Source: Terrimicrobiaceae bacterium
GTDB taxonomy: Bacteria > Verrucomicrobiota > Verrucomicrobiia > Chthoniobacterales > Terrimicrobiaceae
DNA length: 27,975 bases
Assembly: GCA_041752695.1 (NCBI GenBank)
Contig: JBGSVZ010000074.1
Coordinates: 1-27,975 of the forward strand
Reading direction: 5' to 3'
Position 1 is the first letter of the stretch; each line of letters begins with the position of its first letter. The notes below the pieces were generated by a model. That model had not been told where the DNA came from. It ran no database searches and worked only from the letters and a program-made list of their open reading frames with translations. A program made the translations under genes and the position numbers. This document shows, piece after piece, positions 17,086-23,707 of the stretch.

Positions 17086-17862
17086 TTACTCTCCATAATA
17101 CTCGTAGTCGGGCGGAGGGAGCGCGCTCTTGACCCGGTTGATGATCTCGGTCCGTCGGTCGCGGGCCCAAGCGGGATATTTCTCCCAGTCCTTGGGCGAG
17201 GCAAAATAAATGACATGGCGGGCGGGTCCCATGAGCATCTCCCCGCTGATCTCCAAGCGCCGCCACGATCCGTCGGCATATTCTTCATAATAAAGCTGAT
17301 CGCGCCCGCGATGACCCGCCCGCCATTCGCGTCCTGGCAAAGGCGGCGGCCCTCCCTCGCCAGCTCCGCGTTCGGGGCTCGCCCCTCGGCTAAACTCGCG
17401 CGCGACGGACGGCAGGACGAGCAGGACGAGCAGGACGATCGCCGCGGTGGAAAAAACAATGATCGGCCCGCTGTGCCAGTTCGGCCCGCCCCACACATCC
17501 TCCGAGGTCGTGGTCACGCCGGATGCCGAGGTGAGGGTCGAGGTGGTCTTTCCTCCGGAGGCGAGTTCCCGAGCATTCGTGAAAATCAGGAAGGCCAGCA
17601 CGAGCAGCACGTAAAAACGCGCCAGCGTCCAGCGCCGCCAGAGTCCGAACCCCGCCACGAGCGTCAGGGGAGGCATCACGACGACCACAAAAAATCCCAT
17701 CGGATTCCAAGTCTGCGTGCCATAACCTCCCGCCAGGATCATCAGAAGGCTAATGAGGCTGATGATGCTCAGTAGCGCACTCACCAGCATTGTCACCACC
17801 GCCAAAAGAGGGACCAAAAGCGACCGAGGGCGCGACGAGGGAGAGACGGCAGGAGGATTCAT
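17086..17862 (-). CDS. Hypothetical membrane protein (about 4 TM segments) with a soluble C-terminal domain
   Basis: Hydrophobic segments LLVPLLAVVTMLVSALLSIISLISLLMILAG, FFVVVVMPPLTLVAGFGLW, FYVLLVLAFLIF and IIVFSTAAIVLLVLLVLP; Pro/Gly linker; then an aromatic-rich ~80-aa globular domain. Confidence 0.75.
   Translation of the reverse strand: MNPPAVSPSSRPRSLLVPLLAVVTMLVSALLSIISLISLLMILAGGYGTQTWNPMGFFVVVVMPPLTLVAGFGLWRRWTLARFYVLLVLAFLIFTNARELASGGKTTSTLTSASGVTTTSEDVWGGPNWHSGPIIVFSTAAIVLLVLLVLPSVAREFSRGASPERGAGEGGPPPLPGREWRAGHRGRDQLYYEEYADGSWRRLEISGEMLMGPARHVIYFASPKDWEKYPAWARDRRTEIINRVKSALPPPDYEYYGE
17412..17438. repeat. Perfect 9-bp tandem repeat (gcaggacga)x3 within a TM-coding segment
   Basis: Read directly from the sequence; encodes the VLL-VLL-VL run on the - strand. 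Confidence 0.85.
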
Positions 17863-17959
17863 GGGCGGAGCCTACTTTGAAAAAAGCGAGAGCCCCGGCA
17901 AGCGGGAAAATCCCCTGGCCCGCAAAATGACTCTTCTTCAGCCGGAACAATGGAGTTGA

Positions 17960-18410
17960 AACCGCGGATAGGACGGATGAACACGGATAAGAACAGAGCA
18001 AAACCACCCGGGGTCTGCCTGCTCTTTCTTTCCCTTTTCGGGGAACATTTTTGCCAACGACCTTTCTTGTCTCTGCCCTGATCCTAAAACCGGAAATGGA
18101 ATTTTACAGAAGGAAACGGAGGTAACGGAGGCTGAAAGGCTTGCGTTAAAAACGAATCCCGATTCCGGGCCACCTTTTGGATGAACTGCGGCGTTTTCGT
18201 CACTCCATGATTCTTAGCGAACGTTGCCTCCCGGCCACACCTTCTACTTTCCGCACTTGAGTGTGCGCTGCCGCGCTGGTGTTGGTTACCTTCTGTAGGC
18301 TCATCGTCCTTTTTTGGGCTAATCCGCGCCCATCCGTCCTATTTGATTCGCTTTGCTCACCCTTGCAGGGCTGCCTTCGGCAGTCTGTCTCGCTTCGCTC
18401 GGCTGCGGTC
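17960..18410. repeat. Nested inverted-repeat element (MITE/IVS-like), non-coding
   Basis: Outer arms 17968-17988 and 18322-18342 are 18/21 complementary. Inner arms 18105-18117 and 18285-18297 are 12/13 complementary. Left arms are internally repetitive (cggat x3; aacggagg x2). Confidence 0.65.
18343..18402. repeat. 60-bp multi-hairpin REP-like element, possibly acting as terminator or 3' stabiliser of the - operon
   Basis: Hairpins ccct-tgc-aggg (18360-18370) and ctgcc-ttc-ggcag (18371-18383); about 30 nt downstream of the 18435 stop; related copy at 16543-16583. Confidence 0.6.
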
Positions 18411-18434
18411 ACATTCTTCTGAAGAGTTCCAGCT

Positions 18435-20849
18435 TCAGGGAGAAGGCACGGTGAGGCGCAGACGGAGAAAACGCCGTGCGGGGTCGGCGGTGGAGAGGTC
18501 CAGCAAATCGGTGACCGTGACCGTTTCGCCGATCAGGCCCGGATTGGTGGCGAGGGTTTCCCATGTGGAAAGGTCGGAAGTGGCCTGGGCGCGGTACTCC
18601 ACGTCGGAGCGGAGCCGTGGGAAGGTGAGTTGCAGGCGGGAGTTGTGGAGTTGAACGTCGGCGGAACCTGTGCCCAACGCGTAGGAGAGGAGTTCGTTCT
18701 GGTAGGCGGCGGCGCCGTAAACTTCGGCGGACGTGCGACGGGAGAGAGTGTGGTCGTCGGGTTGGTTGCTGTTGACCGCGATCATGTGGCCGTAGGCGGG
18801 CACGGTGTCGGTCACGACGGCGGTGCTGACGGGCACGGCGAGGGGCGTGATGGTGTCGCTCCAACTGCGATGCAGGGTGGTGGTGGCGTAGTTTGTGCCG
18901 ACGACAAAATTGCCGGTGTAGCTGCGCGCGGTGGAGGTGAGGTTTTGCACGATGCGCACCTTGCGTCCGCTTTCGTGAAACTGCAGCACGGCCCAGGTGG
19001 AGTTCTCCGCCAGCACATTGTAAACCGGCGTGGCAAAGGACGCGCCGGAACGGGCGAAATCCAGCACGATCCAGCGGCGGGTGCCGGACGGAAAATTCAC
19101 GGGCGCGTCATCGCCCAGGATGGCCGGATCATTAATCCGGACGAGGGCGGAATAGTCATCGGTCGAGGCCGCATCCGAGATGGCGACACGCTCTTGGGTC
19201 AGGGTGCCGTTGAAGGTGGTGAGGTGGATCTTGGCTTTGAGGTCGCCGAAAACGAACGAAGTCGGGTCGGGCTGGGTGAGATCGGTATAGGTTCCCATGA
19301 TGCCGCGGCGGCCGCCGGTGAAGACGAGGCGCGCGTCGAGTCCGTGAACAGTGGAAGCGCTGTCGGAAACGATCTGGATGAGGCCGATGGCGCGTTCGCT
19401 GGTGAGCACCCAAAGTTGTTGTCCGATCCACGGAGTGGCCCCGCTGCTCCAGTTGGGCGTGGCGGCGGAACTGGTCCGTTTGGAAATCCGGTAGGTGCTG
19501 GAAATTGTGCCAAAGTTTTTGCGAGTGATCGTGCGGGTTTGTTCGTCCTGGGTCAGGTAGCGGTATTTGGATCCGCGCATGAGATCGGTTTCCGGACCGG
19601 CGGTTTCCTTGAACTCGACGAGCACGGTGTCGAGCGCGCCTTTGAGGGAGGTTTTGTTGGCCACCGGTCCAAGGGTGTAGGCCCCGATGAGAGTGGTCTT
19701 GCCGCATTGGCGTCCATCGTAGCCCTGGCTAGCGATGAGCGCCTGATCCTCGGGGCCGCCATTTTGCACGTCCCGGCCGTGGGCGACCCAGCCCCAGGTC
19801 CCGTCGAAACGACCGCGCGGACCATGGATGTTGCCGTCCCAGAAAACCCCCGGATTCGACGGCGGGGTGCGGGTGAGGCGATTCGGTTGGTAAAGGAGGA
19901 CATTAAGCAACTCGGTCGAGGTGGCGGATTCCTCGGCGGCTCCGAAGAAATAGTTATAACCGTCATTGTAAAGGTACGCCTTCCACAGCGCCGAGCGCGT
20001 GCTGTGGTGGTTGTTGTACATGTGTTTGTAAGGGATGTTCGACGACTGCTCGGTGAAGCCGTCCGGCTCGTTGGCCATGACGCTGTACCGAAGGGTCGCG
20101 TCCACGGCGGCTTTGGCGGAGGCGGAGCCGGTGATCCGCCACCAATAAAGCAGATTGCGAATGGACTCGTCATGGTAGCTGGCCACCTCGCCCCAGAATC
20201 CCACATAGCGGGTGGCCCCATCGGTCAGAGCCGAGCGGGTCATCACATTGTCAATCGCCGAGCGGGCCGTTTCGGCGACGGTCGAATTTCCCATCGCGAG
20301 GGCACCGAAGTAGAGGCCCGTGGCGAGCCGGATGTCGCCGTTGAGCCAGAGCTGGCCAAGGATGCCGCTGTTATAGAGCAGCGGATTGTCGGCAAGGATG
20401 GAGGTCTGGTTGACGGTAATGGCGGATTCGTAGAGGGCGACGCGGGCCGGGGAGAGGTCGGCGGGGGAATGGGTTTTCAGCAGGAAATAGGCATAGGACG
20501 CCTGCCAGATGGAACCAATGTCGCGCAGTTCCGCCCCGCCGGCCCAGGTGCCGAAGCGATCGTCGAGCAATAGGAGCAGACGGTCGCGGTAGGCGGTGTT
20601 TCCCGACACCGGACTATCGGGCGCAAGGTAGGCATAGGTGGCGAGGAGAATTTCTTCGCCGGCTTTGAAGGTCTCCGGCTGGGGCACGGGGTCGGATATT
20701 TTGACCCCGTTGGAAAATATCGTCGCATAGTTCGGCGCGGCCGGATTCAGCGGCAAAAGATCCGCGGGTCCGGCTAAGGCGGACACGGAGATCGCGAGTC
20801 CCAGGGCATAGCCAAAGAGGCAACCGCAGAGTGTGGGGGGTGTTTTCAT
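18435..20849 (-). CDS. Secreted hypothetical protein, putative polysaccharide lyase-like, with a Verrucomicrobia-type C-terminal tail domain
   Basis: Signal peptide ending ALA. Helical-looking N-terminal half with WLNGD and GEVASYH (E-x3-Y-H, lyase-like), beta-rich C-terminal half, and tail ELLSYALG...LTFPR...Y...TSDLSTW...VTD...RRFLRLRL. Confidence 0.6.
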   Translation of the reverse strand: MKTPPTLCGCLFGYALGLAISVSALAGPADLLPLNPAAPNYATIFSNGVKISDPVPQPETFKAGEEILLATYAYLAPDSPVSGNTAYRDRLLLLLDDRFGTWAGGAELRDIGSIWQASYAYFLLKTHSPADLSPARVALYESAITVNQTSILADNPLLYNSGILGQLWLNGDIRLATGLYFGALAMGNSTVAETARSAIDNVMTRSALTDGATRYVGFWGEVASYHDESIRNLLYWWRITGSASAKAAVDATLRYSVMANEPDGFTEQSSNIPYKHMYNNHHSTRSALWKAYLYNDGYNYFFGAAEESATSTELLNVLLYQPNRLTRTPPSNPGVFWDGNIHGPRGRFDGTWGWVAHGRDVQNGGPEDQALIASQGYDGRQCGKTTLIGAYTLGPVANKTSLKGALDTVLVEFKETAGPETDLMRGSKYRYLTQDEQTRTITRKNFGTISSTYRISKRTSSAATPNWSSGATPWIGQQLWVLTSERAIGLIQIVSDSASTVHGLDARLVFTGGRRGIMGTYTDLTQPDPTSFVFGDLKAKIHLTTFNGTLTQERVAISDAASTDDYSALVRINDPAILGDDAPVNFPSGTRRWIVLDFARSGASFATPVYNVLAENSTWAVLQFHESGRKVRIVQNLTSTARSYTGNFVVGTNYATTTLHRSWSDTITPLAVPVSTAVVTDTVPAYGHMIAVNSNQPDDHTLSRRTSAEVYGAAAYQNELLSYALGTGSADVQLHNSRLQLTFPRLRSDVEYRAQATSDLSTWETLATNPGLIGETVTVTDLLDLSTADPARRFLRLRLTVPSP

Positions 20850-20852
20850 TGT

Positions 20853-22391
20853 CTATTGGGTGGGGTTGGCGCCGGAGTCGCTGCGGAAGGGCGAAGCCGG
20901 CAGTCCAGCTTGGTTGAACAGATTGGGTGAAGGCTGCGGGAATTGGCGAAAGGCATAACGCACGACGGTCGGCTGCGGCACGGCCTTGCTGGAGACCACG
21001 ACTGTTTCGCCCTCGATCGTGGCATCGGCGGGATGAAAGGTTCCGTCGGGTCCCGCGAGTTCGAAGTGACGCAGGTCCCCGTCGCGGGCGACGAGCCCCC
21101 CTTCGGCATGACGGAATCCCACCACCGCACGGCCGCCGTCGAACGTGGCGTTATCGAAGACCGGACCGCGAAACTCACCCGGACGTCCATAAGCCAGTCC
21201 GAGGGCGGCCCGCACGGTGCGATTGGAAACGATCCGCTTCTCGGGAAAATGCACATCGCCATCGGGCGCGCCCTGATCGATCGAAACCACGAGCGCGGCG
21301 TTAGGATCTTTTTCGACAAACTGAAGCTGCGCCTCGCGAATCTCGGCATAACCACCGGGTTTGAAATACGTGCAAAGCTGCATCACGATGATGGGAAAAT
21401 CGCCCTGCCCCCATGCTTTGCGATAACTCCGGGCCAGGCCGGTGAGCAGTTGATTGTAGCGGGGGCCGGTGCCGGGCGCGCCGTTGTTTTCCCCCTGATT
21501 CCAGACAAACCCGCGCAGGGCGTAACCGGCGATGGGCGCGATCTCGCCGTTCCACAAAACGGTCGGCCCGCGGAACTCGCCCGGCCAGCCTTCGACCGCG
21601 GGCGGATCCGGACGCTTCTCAGCGCGGGCTTTCGCTTTCTCCGCGAGATAAACATCCATCGCCGGCTGAAGGGCCGCGACCTTCTTGTCGTAGTCGGCCT
21701 TTTGCGCGGCAACATCCATGTAACGATCCTGCGTCCACGGTCCGTTTTTCAGGGTTTCCTGATCCATCCACGATTCGATGCGGGTTCCGCCGTAGGCCGT
21801 GTTGATGATGCCGACCGGCACGCTGAGTTCTTTCTGGAGTTCGGCCCCGAAAAGATAAGGCACCGCGGAATACCATTTGGTTGTGGCGGGCGACGCCGCG
21901 TTCCATTTCACGGGCTGGCTTTCCACAGGTTCCATGGCGCTGTGATGGTCCATGCGGCCCATGCGCAGGAGGGGATTTTCGGAGGCGGCAATGATCTCGT
22001 CCTTGCCGACCGAGCGGGCGACGCCCCATTCCATATTGGATTGGCCGCCGCACATCCACACCTCGCCGACCAGGACGTCGCGCACGACGACGGGAGCGGC
22101 AGTCTGGTCCCCGCTCACCCGAAGTTCGCGGTTTTCCGCGCTGGTGGTCAGCGGGTCCAACACCACGCGCCAACGGCCCGCCGGGTCGGCCTGGGCGGAT
22201 TTTTTTTGACCGGCAAATTCCACCGTAACCGTCTCTCCTGGCGTGGCGCGGCCCCAGATCGGAACCGGCATGTCGCGTTGTAACACGGCCTGATCAGCGA
22301 AGATCCCGTTGAGGGTGACTCCGGCCTGAGCGACGGCGGAGATCAGGAAAATCGCGACGACGAGGGAGTGGAGGAGTTGGTTTTTTTTCAT
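20853..22391 (-). CDS. Sialate O-acetylesterase-like (SASA/SGNH, CE20-like) carbohydrate esterase
   Basis: ATG 22391 (ATGA overlap with the upstream stop) gives signal peptide MKKNQLLHSLVVAIFLISAVAQA. FADQAVLQRD, VGEVWMCGGQSNM, GGTRIESW, WNQGENN, IREAQ, DVHFP, VRYAF, NLFNQAGLPASPFRSD. Confidence 0.9.
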   Translation of the reverse strand: MKKNQLLHSLVVAIFLISAVAQAGVTLNGIFADQAVLQRDMPVPIWGRATPGETVTVEFAGQKKSAQADPAGRWRVVLDPLTTSAENRELRVSGDQTAAPVVVRDVLVGEVWMCGGQSNMEWGVARSVGKDEIIAASENPLLRMGRMDHHSAMEPVESQPVKWNAASPATTKWYSAVPYLFGAELQKELSVPVGIINTAYGGTRIESWMDQETLKNGPWTQDRYMDVAAQKADYDKKVAALQPAMDVYLAEKAKARAEKRPDPPAVEGWPGEFRGPTVLWNGEIAPIAGYALRGFVWNQGENNGAPGTGPRYNQLLTGLARSYRKAWGQGDFPIIVMQLCTYFKPGGYAEIREAQLQFVEKDPNAALVVSIDQGAPDGDVHFPEKRIVSNRTVRAALGLAYGRPGEFRGPVFDNATFDGGRAVVGFRHAEGGLVARDGDLRHFELAGPDGTFHPADATIEGETVVVSSKAVPQPTVVRYAFRQFPQPSPNLFNQAGLPASPFRSDSGANPTQ

Positions 22392-23707
22392 GGTGCGGAA
22401 GGAGATGAGGCGGACGGAGCAGCGAGATGAACGAGGTCGCCGGAAACGGTCACGGGCCGGTCGTCGGAGACCAAGACGAACCAATCGGCCGCCTCGGGGG
22501 GGAGCGCGGCCTGGAAAGAATCGTCCGCGTTTTTGGTCGCTGGAAGGGCGATCCATTCCCGGGTTTTCACCTCGGGGTCGGGTTTGGCCCAATACACTTC
22601 CACGCGGGAAAGCGGACGCGGCGCATCGATTTGAAACTTCGCAATCAGCGGGTCTTCGGTGCGAACGACCGTCACTTTCGGAAGAGGTTCGCCGAGACCT
22701 TTGAGGTAGAAATCGAAATACGGAACTTCCATCGCCAGCCAGTTCGCCTTGCTGCCCCCCGGGGTCGGGAAGGGCTGGAAGGCGGTGGGCTGGAACGGCT
22801 CGGTCGAGGCTTTCGGAAAATCCATCCCGCCGGGAACGGGTGCCTTGTGGTTGGCATTCGGGGCGTAGAAGTGATTCTTCGCGCCGGGAATGGCGTCGAG
22901 GGTCGCCTGCACGGCTGGAGGGAAAAAGAAAAAGTCATTGGCCGCCGCCGCAATAAAAAATGGGGCCGTGATCTTTGGCGCACGCCGACCGGCGTCCAGG
23001 TCCCTCAGCCAGCGCGCCCGTTCGTCCTCGGGCATTTTTTTCAAATTCCCCCACGAGGAAGTGAGTTCGTAAAATCCGCAGCCGAAAACCGAAAACCCTG
23101 CGTGAACCCGGTCGCCCGCGAGTCCGCAAACCATGGTGGTCAGGTAGCCGCCCCAGGAAATTCCCACCACCCCGATTCGGTCCGGGTCCACCTCCGGTTG
23201 GGCACGCAGCAAGTCGAGGGCTTTCAGGGCGCTCAACACCGCATCCACCAACACACTCGCGCCCGCATCGGGGCTGGCGGTCCAGCGACCAGTGCCGTAA
23301 GGAAGGGCGCTCCATTCCCCCTGCGTTTCGGTGAATTTTTTGGGTTCGCCGATGCCAGGCAAATCCGGCGCAATCGCGACGTAGCCCCGCTGCGCCCAGG
23401 CAATGGCCTTGTCGGTTTCGGCCGAACCCCCGCCACCGTGCAGGACCAGCATCCCGGGATGTTTGCCGGGGGTTTTGGGGACGGCGAGGACGGCAAAAAT
23501 TTCCGAGTTGTTGCGGGATCGGAATACGAGGCGTCGGACAGTCACGTTTCCGGGATCGGAGTCCGGCGCGGCGATTTCCCGAAGGATTTCCGGCGGTCGG
23601 CCGTCCCAGTCCGTCAGCAAGGGGTCCTTTGTCTCCCCGGCAAAGAGCCCACATTGCGACGCAAGGATGAGGCAGGTGCAGAGGAGGATGGTTTTTGCGG
23701 GATTCAT
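22388..23707 (-). CDS. Secreted alpha/beta-hydrolase (acetylxylan esterase / dienelactone hydrolase-like)
   Basis: PGMLVLHGGGG, RGYVAIAPDLPG, VDPDRIGVVGISWGGY nucleophile elbow, ANDFFF (Asp) and PNANH (His); signal peptide; ATGA overlaps on both sides. Confidence 0.85.
   Translation of the reverse strand: MNPAKTILLCTCLILASQCGLFAGETKDPLLTDWDGRPPEILREIAAPDSDPGNVTVRRLVFRSRNNSEIFAVLAVPKTPGKHPGMLVLHGGGGSAETDKAIAWAQRGYVAIAPDLPGIGEPKKFTETQGEWSALPYGTGRWTASPDAGASVLVDAVLSALKALDLLRAQPEVDPDRIGVVGISWGGYLTTMVCGLAGDRVHAGFSVFGCGFYELTSSWGNLKKMPEDERARWLRDLDAGRRAPKITAPFFIAAAANDFFFFPPAVQATLDAIPGAKNHFYAPNANHKAPVPGGMDFPKASTEPFQPTAFQPFPTPGGSKANWLAMEVPYFDFYLKGLGEPLPKVTVVRTEDPLIAKFQIDAPRPLSRVEVYWAKPDPEVKTREWIALPATKNADDSFQAALPPEAADWFVLVSDDRPVTVSGDLVHLAAPSASSPSAP

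Noticed and set aside
16476..17775. + strand ORFs 16476-17012 and 17047-17775
   Set aside because: Antisense to better-supported - strand ORFs, with implausible composition.
17869..17901. Sigma70-like promoter for the membrane protein (TTGCCG ... TAGGCT, 6 nt before the ATG, - strand)
   Set aside because: The spacer is 21 nt, too long. The -10 alone could indicate a leaderless transcript but cannot be supported from sequence only.
18200..18412. 70-aa ORF on the - strand
   Set aside because: Largely a translation of the repeat elements; no protein-like features.
16514..18434. CRISPR array, integron attC cassettes or IS element in the convergence zone
   Set aside because: No regularly spaced direct repeats, no convincing paired RYYYAAC/GTTRRRY sites at gene ends, and no integrase, transposase or cas ORF.
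22200..22388. Two 8-nt homopolymer runs (22200-22207 and 22381-22388) as phase-variation tracts
   Set aside because: Both are in frame and explained by Lys-Lys codons; too short to support the claim without read data.
22392..22592. N-terminal extension of the third SASA ORF
   Set aside because: Overlaps the upstream hydrolase gene; ATG 22391 has an ATGA overlap and a signal peptide.
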